From an uncultured Bacillota bacterium (GTDB lineage Bacteria; Bacillota; Clostridia; Christensenellales; UBA1242), in contig CASFPO010000049.1 in NCBI GenBank assembly GCA_949296805.1, positions 1 through 57,097 on the forward strand: DNA of 57,097 bases, read 5' to 3'. Position 1 is the stretch's first letter. Each line of letters starts with the position of its first letter. The position numbers and the translations under genes were made by a program. The notes beneath the pieces are model-generated. The model saw only the letters and a list, made by a program, of their open reading frames with translations. It had not been told where the DNA came from and ran no database searches. Below, one piece after another: positions 9,416 to 19,405 of the stretch.

Positions 9416-9973
9416 ATGATTTACACAATAGGTTACGCAGGTGTCACAATTGACAGATTTGTTCAAATCCTTAAAAATATGAAAATCAGTCTTTTAATTG
9501 ATGTCAGGAGTGTCCCGAAAAGCCAATATTTTTATCAATTTAACAACAATCTTTTAAGCAGAATTCTTGCGAATGTTGATATTAAATATGAGAATTGGAA
9601 AGACGAATTTGGTGCAAGGCAAGACAATTTAAATTTCTATACTGACAATATTCTTGACTATGGCAAATTTGCAAAAAGTCAGCAATTTCAATCAGGGATT
9701 TCAAAGATAAAAGAACTAAAAAATAGAGGCGAAAACATTTGCTTGATGTGTGCAGAAATTGATCCTATAAATTGCCATAGGGCTATACTATGTGGAAAAG
9801 AAATCTCTGCAAATGGCATAAATATTACACACATAATTGCAAAGAGAAACGGCGAAACTTATATTGAAAATCAAAAAGATTTTGAAAAAAGACTTCTTCA
9901 AACAACAAAGGTAAACAACCTCTCCGAGGCTTACCTAAAACAAAATAAAAAAATTGGCTATAAACTAACTTAA
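9416..9973 (+). CDS. DUF488 family protein
   Basis: IYTIGY, LIDVRSVPKS, CLMCAEIDPINCHR motifs. TTGCAA-17-TATAAT (9381-9409) ends 6 nt before the ATG at 9416, suggesting a leaderless mRNA. Confidence 0.88.
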   Translation: MIYTIGYAGVTIDRFVQILKNMKISLLIDVRSVPKSQYFYQFNNNLLSRILANVDIKYENWKDEFGARQDNLNFYTDNILDYGKFAKSQQFQSGISKIKELKNRGENICLMCAEIDPINCHRAILCGKEISANGINITHIIAKRNGETYIENQKDFEKRLLQTTKVNNLSEAYLKQNKKIGYKLT

Positions 9974-10060
9974 TTTTAAGTTGGTCAGCCATATTTAGAG
10001 TTAATCACAAAACAAATCGTGGTTAACTTTTTTGTTGCAAAAAATTAAAAGGAGAGAAAA

Positions 10061-10681
10061 ATGAAAAAACAAATTTGCATATTAACTAAATCACTAAAAG
10101 ACCGTGATTATTGTGTTGCTGGGATTGATATAACAACAGGGAAGTGGATAAGACTTGTTACATCAAAAGATGGCGGGGCATTTCCCAAAGAAAAATTAGA
10201 TGACAAACATTTTAAAGAATTAAATGTATTGGAAGTCGAGGTCAAAGAACATGTGCCATATCATGTTCAAAACGAAAATTGGCTTATTGCCGAAAAAGTT
10301 GAAATTAAAAAGATTGGGAGTTTATCAAGACAACAACTTTTTAATTTACACCCTATAGAAAAGCCTAAATTCATTTTTGGCAATCCAAAAAATGAACTTG
10401 AGTATAATGAAATTAAAATGCTCAATCATTCTTTAAAGATGATAAATGCAAAAGAACTGCAATTTGACACTTCAATGAAAGGAGATGGAAGACATCACTA
10501 TAAAGTCAAATTTCAATATAATGGCTATGAATACAATCTCGCTTTAACAGATCCAAAATATAGAAATGAAGATTTTGACCAAATTCGTATTCCGAGTGCG
10601 ACAATAATTGTGAGTATCCCAGCAGTTCCTTATGGCGAGAATGATTTATACTATAAGTTTGTTGCAAAAATTTTTATATAA
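10061..10681 (+). CDS. Dual OB-fold domain protein
   Basis: CILTKS...CVAGID...GKWIRLV, QNENW, YNLALTDP, YKFVAKI pattern of the family usually found beside DUF488 genes; AAGGAG RBS. Confidence 0.7.
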   Translation: MKKQICILTKSLKDRDYCVAGIDITTGKWIRLVTSKDGGAFPKEKLDDKHFKELNVLEVEVKEHVPYHVQNENWLIAEKVEIKKIGSLSRQQLFNLHPIEKPKFIFGNPKNELEYNEIKMLNHSLKMINAKELQFDTSMKGDGRHHYKVKFQYNGYEYNLALTDPKYRNEDFDQIRIPSATIIVSIPAVPYGENDLYYKFVAKIFI

Positions 10682-10940
10682 AATTTAGAGAAGTCTAAAC
10701 TTCTCCCTTTTGTTTTGAATTATATCTTTTGTGTAATATACTAAAAATATAGGACAAGTTATTTTATCTTAACCCTAACGCGTACATAACCAACGCCAAC
10801 CGTAACTTGTAGGCGGTTTGGATACTTTATCACTTGTTGCACCAAACAAAAAATAATCAAAAAAGTTTGAAAAATAATATCATTTTTATCTTAACAAAAA
10901 AGTTATAAGTTTTTCTTATAACTTTTTATATTTTAGTTTA

Positions 10941-13556
10941 TTATTTTTTATCTTTCCTTTTTAATAAAATTTTCTCAAAGTACTTATATATTTCACTAAC
11001 TATAAGCATTAAAACCGAAAAGGCAAAGATTATTGTCCATTGCACTGCGTTAAGTGTTCGTAAACTTAACAAATATTTTAAAGGAGTAAAGGCGAAGAGT
11101 GCAACAAGTGCAAAACAAAAACATACTGCTAAAATAAAAAATTTATTTTTAAAGGGTTTGGATTTAAATATGCTGGCATTTGTTCTCATAGAGGCAAGAT
11201 AGAACATCTGAATGATATTTAAGGTATAAAAACTCATAGTAACCGCTATTCCCTCATTGTAATAACAAATACCTATAACGTATGCAAGCACAACAAAGAG
11301 CGTTTGAAAAAGACCGAGAACAACGATTGAAACCCCTATTCCATCTGAGAATAATCCTTTTTTAGAGTCACGAGGAGACACTTCCATCAAGTCATTCTCT
11401 GGCTGTTCAACCCCCAGTGCGATGGCTGGCAAGGTGTCTGTGATAAGATTGACAAATAATATTTGGACTGGAAAGAGAAAGATATACTGCGGAAAGATAA
11501 TTGTTACAAAGAACAGTGAAAACAGTTCGGCAAGGTTTGCAGAAAACAAAAATTTTACAGTTTTTTGAATATTTCGATAGATCTTTCTTCCCTCTTCAAC
11601 TGCAATTATAATAGTTGCAAAATTGTCGTCTGTAATGATTATATCTGACACCTCTTTTGCTACATCCGTTCCTGCTATACCCATCCCGATACCAATATTC
11701 GCCTTTTTTAAAGATGGTGCATCGTTTACTCCATCCCCCGTCATTGCAACAACTTTACCTTTGTCTTTAAAAGCCTGCACTATCCGAACTTTGTCTTGAG
11801 GACTAACTCTTGCAAACACGCAATATTTGTCTATGATCTTAGAAAGTTGGCTGTCGCTCATCTTGGATATTTCAGTACCTGTGGTAACCTGAGACAGCTC
11901 ACTTGCAAGCCCAATCTCCTTGGCTATAGCAAAGGCAGTTTGGCTGTAATCTCCTGTAATCATCACTGGTTTCATACCAGCCCTTTTGCATTTTTTAACT
12001 GCTTCCTTAATTTCTTTGCGAGGTGGATCTATCATTCCTGCAAGCCCAATAAAAATCAAGTCCTCTTCGTTTAAAATATCAGACTTTTTGTAAGCAAGGG
12101 CTAAAACTCTTAACGCCTTACTTGCCATAATGTCATTTGCTTTGAAAATGTTAGTTTTGTAAGTCTGTGACAGCGTTTCAACTTTACCATTTATCAAAAT
12201 AAATTTGCATTTATTTATAACCCTATCTAACGCACCTTTTACATAAACGATACTTTCCCCTTTTTCTTCTACTAATACACTCATCATCTTGCGATTGCTA
12301 TCAAAAGGAATTTCATCTTTTCGCTTGGCAATTTTTTCAAAATCCTCTTTTCTAACTTTGTTATCTCGGCAAAATTCTAGCAGTGCAACTTCGGTAGGAT
12401 CGCCTGCAAACTTGCCCTTATATAAAAAAGCGTCATTGCAGGCTAATGCACAATAAAAAAATGGATAACTTTCCTTTGAAAAAGCAAACTTTTTTTCTTG
12501 TAAGTTGTTGTTACAATAGACCGCTGTGACCGACATTTTGTTTTGAGTGATAGTGCCAGTTTTGTCAGAGCAAATAACTTCACAGCAACCCAAAGTTTCT
12601 ATAGAATGCATACGCTTAACTATTGCTCGTTGTTTTGCAAGCCTAGCAACGCCGAGGCTCATAATGATAGTTATTACAGCTGGCATACTTTCAGGAATCG
12701 CCGCTACCGAAATTGCAACCGAAGTCAAAAAAGCATCCATTATGTTGGAAGGATTGATAATTATCTCTATAATAAAAGTGATTATCGCTACCAAAAGCAC
12801 TATATAGGTTAACACCTTGCCTACATCCTTGATGGATTTTTGAAGAGGCGTCAACTCTTTTTGATTGTCTTTTATCGCACTTTCAATCTTGCCAAGCTCA
12901 GTATTTTTACCTAAAGCAGTCACAACACCAAGCCCTCGCCCGCAAACAACAACCGTGCCTTTATATCCCATATTACGTCTTTCTCCTAAAGGTGCATTAG
13001 CTTGGCAAATTGACGAGGCGTCTTTTTCTATCTGATGGCTTTCTCCAGTAAGCGAGGACTCGTCAAGTTTGAGCTGATTGGATTTGATAAGTCTAAGGTC
13101 GGCAGGCAAAATTGTTCCCGCCTCGAGTGAAACAATATCTCCTAGCACAAGCTCACTAGTATTTATCTTAAGCATTTGCCCATCTCGCAGAATATAACAC
13201 TCTGGCTGGGTAAGTTTGCCCAGTGCCTCAAGCGATTTTTCTGCCTTATACTCCTGAATAACGCCAAAGATGGCATTGATAAGCACAATAAACAAAATTA
13301 TACAGCCGTCAATAATCTCGCTAGTGGTTTTTTCAATAATTCCAATTACAATAGATAGTGCGGACGCAAACAGTAAAATTACAATCATAAGATCGTAAAA
13401 TTGCTCAAAAAACTTGCTGACAATAGAGCTCTTTTTGTCATAACTTAAAACTTCTGCCTTTTCTCGCTTAGTTAAATCACTACTCTTTAACCCTTGCGGA
13501 CTGCTATTAAGCTCCCTTAATGACTGCTCTATACTTTTACAATGAAAATTACTCAT
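10941..13556 (-). CDS. P-type cation (Ca2+) transporting ATPase, type IIA
   Basis: TGES, IPESMP, DKTGT, KGA, MITGD, TGDGVNDAP motifs. Confidence 0.95.
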   Translation of the reverse strand: MSNFHCKSIEQSLRELNSSPQGLKSSDLTKREKAEVLSYDKKSSIVSKFFEQFYDLMIVILLFASALSIVIGIIEKTTSEIIDGCIILFIVLINAIFGVIQEYKAEKSLEALGKLTQPECYILRDGQMLKINTSELVLGDIVSLEAGTILPADLRLIKSNQLKLDESSLTGESHQIEKDASSICQANAPLGERRNMGYKGTVVVCGRGLGVVTALGKNTELGKIESAIKDNQKELTPLQKSIKDVGKVLTYIVLLVAIITFIIEIIINPSNIMDAFLTSVAISVAAIPESMPAVITIIMSLGVARLAKQRAIVKRMHSIETLGCCEVICSDKTGTITQNKMSVTAVYCNNNLQEKKFAFSKESYPFFYCALACNDAFLYKGKFAGDPTEVALLEFCRDNKVRKEDFEKIAKRKDEIPFDSNRKMMSVLVEEKGESIVYVKGALDRVINKCKFILINGKVETLSQTYKTNIFKANDIMASKALRVLALAYKKSDILNEEDLIFIGLAGMIDPPRKEIKEAVKKCKRAGMKPVMITGDYSQTAFAIAKEIGLASELSQVTTGTEISKMSDSQLSKIIDKYCVFARVSPQDKVRIVQAFKDKGKVVAMTGDGVNDAPSLKKANIGIGMGIAGTDVAKEVSDIIITDDNFATIIIAVEEGRKIYRNIQKTVKFLFSANLAELFSLFFVTIIFPQYIFLFPVQILFVNLITDTLPAIALGVEQPENDLMEVSPRDSKKGLFSDGIGVSIVVLGLFQTLFVVLAYVIGICYYNEGIAVTMSFYTLNIIQMFYLASMRTNASIFKSKPFKNKFFILAVCFCFALVALFAFTPLKYLLSLRTLNAVQWTIIFAFSVLMLIVSEIYKYFEKILLKRKDKK

Positions 13557-13589
13557 ATTTTCCCTTTATATTTTTGATTTTACTTTTAC

Positions 13590-14336
13590 CTACAGGATAG
13601 CAGAAACTAAACTGATAAAAATTAAATACAAACAAAACCACTTGAAGTTTGCCTTTCCCGTTACGTTTAACATCAATTTTATTGTCATAATCCCTATAAC
13701 AAAAGCTATGACAAACCCTATAATTAAACCTAGCCAATTGATTTGTAGTTGTGCTCCGCAAGAGACCTCATACACTTCCATAACTAGAGAAAGCAAAATT
13801 ATAGGCACGCTCATTAAAAAAGAAAACTTTGCACACTCTTTCTTGTCAGCTCCGCTTAGAATTCCTGCACTTATTGTAGCTCCCGAACGAGAAATCCCCG
13901 GGAAGACCGCCAGCCCCTGACTTATCCCCATAATTATGGCAGTTTTGATAGAAAACCCTTGACCTTTTTTATTATATTTTTGACTGATAAATAAAAGAAG
14001 TGCAGTTATTAAAAAACATATAGCCAGTCCGCCTCCGCCAAAAGCTTTTTCTACCAATGGCATAAGTATTAACACAATTATGCAGGTGGGAATGGTCGCT
14101 AGTGCAAGATTTACGCTCTCTTCTGATAAGGGGTGCTTAATTAAAAAAAGCATTTCCTTCCTAAAAACTATTACAACCGCAAGCAATGTGGCTAAATGCA
14201 ATATTATACTTACCAAAAGCGAATCTTCCACCCCAAATAACGAGGATAAAAGCACCAAGTGACCACTTGACGAAATTGGCAGAAATTCACATAACCCTTG
14301 CACCAAACCAAGCAAGGCAAAAATCAATATCTCCAC
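13590..14336 (-). CDS. uppP: Undecaprenyl-diphosphate phosphatase
   Basis: GLCEFLPISSSGHL and PGISRSGAT motifs; probable GTG start at 14336. Confidence 0.95.
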   Translation of the reverse strand: MEILIFALLGLVQGLCEFLPISSSGHLVLLSSLFGVEDSLLVSIILHLATLLAVVIVFRKEMLFLIKHPLSEESVNLALATIPTCIIVLILMPLVEKAFGGGGLAICFLITALLLFISQKYNKKGQGFSIKTAIIMGISQGLAVFPGISRSGATISAGILSGADKKECAKFSFLMSVPIILLSLVMEVYEVSCGAQLQINWLGLIIGFVIAFVIGIMTIKLMLNVTGKANFKWFCLYLIFISLVSAIL

Positions 14337-14488
14337 CCGCTCCCCCTTGCTATTAATATACAAAAACAAAAAAGCAATTATTACTACTTGCTTATCTAAG
14401 CTTGCCCGCTATAACTAAAAATAACAAAGCAAAAAGCTTTGTTATTTTTAATATATTTGATATTCTTATTTTTCTCGTATTTTGACTT

Positions 14489-17143
14489 TTAAAGTAAATT
14501 ACCTTTAATTCTGGTAAATACATAGTAACCATCCACTGCAGTGTCACTTCTACTAAAGGTCGAACCATTAAGGTAGCTGTTTGTATATGATCCGCCATCA
14601 ATTATACTTGCAAGCACTCGGATGGTGTTGGCATTCTTAATCAAGTCTCCGCACGCTGTGTTACTAGTTAAATCCTCATATATATACCCGCTTTCAATTG
14701 TGACTGTTGCTAGACTTGTGCAACCATAAAATGCATAGGTCCCATTTATACTTCTCACGCTTGATGGGATTGTTATACTTGTTAACTTTGAACACCTAGA
14801 AAAAGCATAATTTCCTATACTTATCACACCATCCGGGATTGAGATATTTGTTAGAGATGCATTACTATCAAAAGCATTCTCATAAATAAACCTGCATCCA
14901 CTATTTACTGTATAAGTTGTACCTGTAAAGCCGCTACCATCATATAATACTACATAAGGATTACTATCATTTCCTAAATATTCTACTCCATTATCCGTTA
15001 CTGACGGTTGCAATCTTGTACAGTCGTCAAAAGCACCACTTCCTATGCTTGCAACCGTAGATGGAATTGTTATACTTGTTAATTTTGAACATCTATAAAA
15101 AGCATCCTCTCCTATACTTGTCACTCCCTCTGGAATTATTATACTTGTTAAATTTGGACACACATGAAAAGCATGCTGATTAATTTCAGTAGTATCTGGA
15201 TGCAAGGTCACACTTATTAAATTTTCTCGTGGCACAGCTGGCAAAAGAGCAATCCTTGTTGCACCATCTACATAATATTGAACATTATCATATGGTTCTA
15301 TCTTTGTAGCAGGTTTTTCTCCTTCTAAGTCTGAAGCATTGTGTATTACTCGAGCATACCTTCCTAAATGTCCATGGCGTCCTGTTTTATCTATTGTAAG
15401 GCTTGAATAATTATAAACTTCAGCTAAAGCAAAACAACCAGCAAAAGCACTCTCTCCTATACTTATCACACTTTCTGGGATTGTTATACTTGTTAAATTA
15501 TAGCAATAGTTAAATGCTTGGCTATGAATAAACTTGCATCCACTATTTATTGTATAGGTTAAACCTGTAAAGCCACTGTCATCCCATAATACTAAATACG
15601 GGTTGTTTCCATTACCTAAATATTCTACTCCATTATCTGTTGCTGATGGCTGCAAGCTTCTACAGTCTTCAAAAGCATCCCTTCCTATACTTATCACACC
15701 ATCCGGGATTGAGATATTTGTTAGAGATGCATTACTATCAAAAGCATCCTCATAAATAACCCTGCATCCACTATTTACTGTATAAGTTTTACCTCTAAAG
15801 CCACTACCATCATATAATACTACATAAGGATTACTATCATTTCCTAAATATTCTACTCCATTATCTGTTGCTGATGGCTGCAAGCTTGTACAACTACTAA
15901 AAGCACTACTTCCTATACTTATCACACTTTCTGGGATTGTTATATTTGTCAAATTACTACAGAAATAAAAAGCACGACTCCCTATACTTTTCAATTGACT
16001 ATCTGCTCCAAAATTTACTTCTGTTAGTGCATCGCAACTGTAAAAAGCACTACTTCCTATACTTGTCACACTATCTGGGATTGTTATATTTGTCAAATTA
16101 CTACAGAGAGAAAAAGCAACATTTCCTATATTTGTCAATTGACTATCTGCTCCAAAATTTACTTCTGTTAGTGCTTTGCAAGATTGAAAAGCACCATCTC
16201 CTATACTTGTAACACTATCTGGAATTGTTATGCTTGTCAAATTATTACATTGAAAAAAAGCATACTCTCCTATACTTGTCACTCCCTCTGAGATTGTTAT
16301 ATTTGTCAAATTATTACATTGATAAAAAGCATATGCTCCTACATACTCCAAAGTCTCTGGTAAAGTAATACTTTTCAAATTATCATTTTTTGCAAATATA
16401 CCTGTTGAAGAAGTTCCATCTACAATCGCTGTAATTGTATAGTCTGAGCCTTTTACATACTGCCCATCTACTATAGAAAAGGTTGATGGGATTACTAGGT
16501 TGGCATCAGAACCGTTATATGCTGTTATTGTTGCCTCGTTACCTGAGGTTGAAAATTCAAAATCACTTGGACTAGCTGGTGGCTCTGGCGCTACACTTAC
16601 GTCAAAGAGTTGTAGGTCATAGCCAAAGCTTGCGTTGCTTAGTGAGGTGTTTTTATCCTCTACTGATAGGGTTAAGGTAAACTCTACTGTATCGTTTGCC
16701 TGTCCTTGTGGGTCAAGGGTTATTATATCTCCGCTTGTGTATGCTCCGCTTGTAGTTGTAATAGTTTTTAGTAAGTTTGGTGTTTCAGCCGAGATTGTGT
16801 CTGTTAGCGTTACTGTTAGTGTACGCTCGGTACTTAAGTTCTCTACTGTGATAGAAAATACTACTGGAGTGGCCGAAGTGTCAAAGTTTAGGTTTAGCTC
16901 TTCCCATACTGTGTCATTTCCTGTAGTTTGTGTGGCACTGTAGGTTACATCTAGTGCTGAGGGCGGTACTGTTGCTCCGGTAACATTTCCTGTTACATGG
17001 GCATAGACCTCATCTGCGGTAAAGCTGATATTTCCGCCCATATTTACATTTACTTGACTTACTGCTAGTACTCCCATTATCAGCATACCTAGTACCAAGG
17101 TAAAGGCTGATATTACAGAGACTAACTTTGCTTTTAATGACAT
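14489..17143 (-). CDS. BspA-type (LRR_5) leucine-rich-repeat surface protein with an N-terminal pilin-like domain
   Basis: Signal peptide, ~150-aa beta-rich domain, PEPP linker, many LTxITIPxSVTSIGxxAFxxC repeats. Confidence 0.92.
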   Translation of the reverse strand: MSLKAKLVSVISAFTLVLGMLIMGVLAVSQVNVNMGGNISFTADEVYAHVTGNVTGATVPPSALDVTYSATQTTGNDTVWEELNLNFDTSATPVVFSITVENLSTERTLTVTLTDTISAETPNLLKTITTTSGAYTSGDIITLDPQGQANDTVEFTLTLSVEDKNTSLSNASFGYDLQLFDVSVAPEPPASPSDFEFSTSGNEATITAYNGSDANLVIPSTFSIVDGQYVKGSDYTITAIVDGTSSTGIFAKNDNLKSITLPETLEYVGAYAFYQCNNLTNITISEGVTSIGEYAFFQCNNLTSITIPDSVTSIGDGAFQSCKALTEVNFGADSQLTNIGNVAFSLCSNLTNITIPDSVTSIGSSAFYSCDALTEVNFGADSQLKSIGSRAFYFCSNLTNITIPESVISIGSSAFSSCTSLQPSATDNGVEYLGNDSNPYVVLYDGSGFRGKTYTVNSGCRVIYEDAFDSNASLTNISIPDGVISIGRDAFEDCRSLQPSATDNGVEYLGNGNNPYLVLWDDSGFTGLTYTINSGCKFIHSQAFNYCYNLTSITIPESVISIGESAFAGCFALAEVYNYSSLTIDKTGRHGHLGRYARVIHNASDLEGEKPATKIEPYDNVQYYVDGATRIALLPAVPRENLISVTLHPDTTEINQHAFHVCPNLTSIIIPEGVTSIGEDAFYRCSKLTSITIPSTVASIGSGAFDDCTRLQPSVTDNGVEYLGNDSNPYVVLYDGSGFTGTTYTVNSGCRFIYENAFDSNASLTNISIPDGVISIGNYAFSRCSKLTSITIPSSVRSINGTYAFYGCTSLATVTIESGYIYEDLTSNTACGDLIKNANTIRVLASIIDGGSYTNSYLNGSTFSRSDTAVDGYYVFTRIKGNLL
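14814..15915. repeat. Near-identical intragenic direct repeats in the BspA gene
   Basis: Blocks of ~230 nt starting at 14814 and 15684 are almost identical, with a more diverged third copy near 15530-15680. Confidence 0.85.
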
Positions 17144-17326
17144 ATTTTTACCTCTCTTTTGTTTTTATTTTGTACATATTAGTAAAAATTATCTAGCTTA
17201 ATGCAAAATTTCGACTATTTTTGCATTATTTATGCCTATTTTATCAAGTAAAATATGGTCAGCAATAGGATTTTGTTTTAAAGGAAATACTATCAAAACT
17301 TACCCTTACCTAATAGGCGTTAGCCT

Positions 17327-17354
17327 ATTTTACCCCCCCCGAATGTTTTGTCAA
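17327..17354 (-). promoter_or_regulatory. Sigma-A promoter with a G8 tract in the spacer, upstream of the BspA gene
   Basis: Minus strand reads TTGACA-AAACATTC-GGGGGGGG-TAAAAT (16-bp spacer). Confidence 0.7.
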
Positions 17355-17713
17355 GCAATTTGGCGACTTTTTTGAAAATTGTTCAAATTTTTTGTTTTTT
17401 CTTATGTTTAACCCACCTTAATGCTCAAACCTTATCATATTTTCAAAAAAGTTTTTATCTGCCCGTCGTCACGGGCAGGACAAAATCATTCGGGGGATTT
17501 CTGAAAAATTGCACACGTGCAATTTTTGATTATGCGGGGTGGCTAAAGCCACGTTTTAACATATTTACGGTAGTTAGAGCTATCTGTAATTTTTCTATAG
17601 TAATTTGATGCACCTTTTATAGTGGACAGAGAGTAACTAGAGACACTTTTTGTAATTTAATTTGCCGAGAAAAACAAAAAACAACAGGTGGTACCTGTTG
17701 CTTAATAGAATAT

Positions 17714-19351
17714 TTAAAATCTTTTATTTAATCTTGACCTTACTTCCTTTTCTCCCAAAATTTCCATTATACTATAAAGGGTTGGCGAGTTCTTTTTGCC
17801 AGTAATGGCTAGCCTTACAAACTCACATGCTTTTGCAATATTTCCTTTAAACTTTTCAGGAGCAAGTTTATATTGCTTATTATCGGTAGCATAGCCAAGT
17901 TTTTCTGCCACTTGTTTAACCTTTGCAAACCACTCCTCATTACTTATTGGCATTTTAAAGGTTTTGCTGTATTCCTCTAAAAACTCGTTGGCATTTACCT
18001 TGTCTTGAGCGTCTAACTCAAAAACTTTAGGCGCTGAGAATATATAGTCAAAATTATCTTTTATCATTGCATAGTTAAAGATATCTTTTCTTGGCTTTAT
18101 TGTATTTTCTCTATCCATCTTGCAAAGTTTTATATATTTATCTTTATCCTGTTGCAATATTTCAGCGAGTGGTTTGTCATACTGCTTTGCATAAGAAAGC
18201 CATGTGGTATAAAGTTCCTCTCCGCTCATCTTTGCGATCACATTTTTTGAGATGTCATTTAGTTTAAGTAGGTCAAAGATAGGCGCTACTGTAGTTATAT
18301 CAGACACGCCAAACTCAAAATCTTGCCATTTTTTATCTGGATTGTTCTTTCGCCAAATTTCAAAACCAGAGTTAATCATATTTAGCAAATACTCAAGCAC
18401 GCTATCAATAGGATAACCTTGCTCAAAATAGTACATCATATTTGCTTCTGGATCTTTACGCTTTGATATCTTTCTTCTATTGCCTTCCTCGTCAAGCTTG
18501 CAAATAAGCGGATTGTGACAATATTTTATAAACGGAAAACCTAACGCCTCAAAAAGTTCAAGGTGGGCTGGGGTTGAGGAGATATATTCTTCTCCTCGGA
18601 CAACAACTGTAGTACCCATTAAAGTATCATCAATTGCGTGAGCAAAAGCATAAGGTGGGCGACCATCACTTTTTAAAATCACAAAATCCTTTGCATTTGC
18701 CTTTGCCTCAAGCTCTCCTTTGATAAGATCATAAAACTTTATTCTTTCCGTTCCCTTATTTTTTGTTTTTAATCTTATTGCAAAGCTCTCATTGTTGTCT
18801 ATATGTTTTTTTACTTCTTCGTAGCTTAAGTCTCGACAAGGATCGTATTCCTTTTCATCATCGTTAGCAAACTTGGTCTTTCTTTGATTGAGGACATCTT
18901 CTTTGCCTTGCGTTTTTTTGCAAAAGCAAGGAAAGGCTTTACCTTGAGCTACAAGTTCTTTAGCAAATGCCTTGTAAATCTCTAGCCTTTGGCTTTGAAC
19001 ATAAGGGCCATAACTGCCTATATCCTCTCCAGATAGCGTTTGGTACTCGTCAAAATTTATATTAAACCTGTTAAGTATAGAATATATTACCTCTTTTGCT
19101 TCCTTCAGCTCTCTTTTTTCATCAGTGTCCTCAATCCGCAAAAACAATATACCATCGGTGTTTTTTGCAAGGTTATAACTGATAAAAGCTTGAAAAAAAT
19201 TCCCTATATGCATAAGACCAGTTGGGCTAGGTGCAAATCTTGTTACCACCTGCCCTTCTTTTAAATTACGCTTAGGATATTTTTTGATGATATCCTTTAT
19301 CTTTAAAGTATTTTCTGGGAAAATTAGCTGTGCTATCTTTTTATTGTCCAT
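17714..19351 (-). CDS. gltX: Glutamyl-tRNA synthetase
   Basis: TRFAPSPTGLMHIG, LRIEDTD, RGEEY, KISKR motifs. Confidence 0.96.
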   Translation of the reverse strand: MDNKKIAQLIFPENTLKIKDIIKKYPKRNLKEGQVVTRFAPSPTGLMHIGNFFQAFISYNLAKNTDGILFLRIEDTDEKRELKEAKEVIYSILNRFNINFDEYQTLSGEDIGSYGPYVQSQRLEIYKAFAKELVAQGKAFPCFCKKTQGKEDVLNQRKTKFANDDEKEYDPCRDLSYEEVKKHIDNNESFAIRLKTKNKGTERIKFYDLIKGELEAKANAKDFVILKSDGRPPYAFAHAIDDTLMGTTVVVRGEEYISSTPAHLELFEALGFPFIKYCHNPLICKLDEEGNRRKISKRKDPEANMMYYFEQGYPIDSVLEYLLNMINSGFEIWRKNNPDKKWQDFEFGVSDITTVAPIFDLLKLNDISKNVIAKMSGEELYTTWLSYAKQYDKPLAEILQQDKDKYIKLCKMDRENTIKPRKDIFNYAMIKDNFDYIFSAPKVFELDAQDKVNANEFLEEYSKTFKMPISNEEWFAKVKQVAEKLGYATDNKQYKLAPEKFKGNIAKACEFVRLAITGKKNSPTLYSIMEILGEKEVRSRLNKRF

Positions 19352-19405
19352 ATTCTTCCTTTTAAATTAGGGCTATAAAAATAGCCCTGACTGTTTTGTT
19401 TGGTT

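Noticed and set aside
14814-15915. DGR template/variable repeat pair
   Set aside because: Mismatches are not confined to adenines, both copies are in-frame coding sequence, and no reverse transcriptase is in the window.
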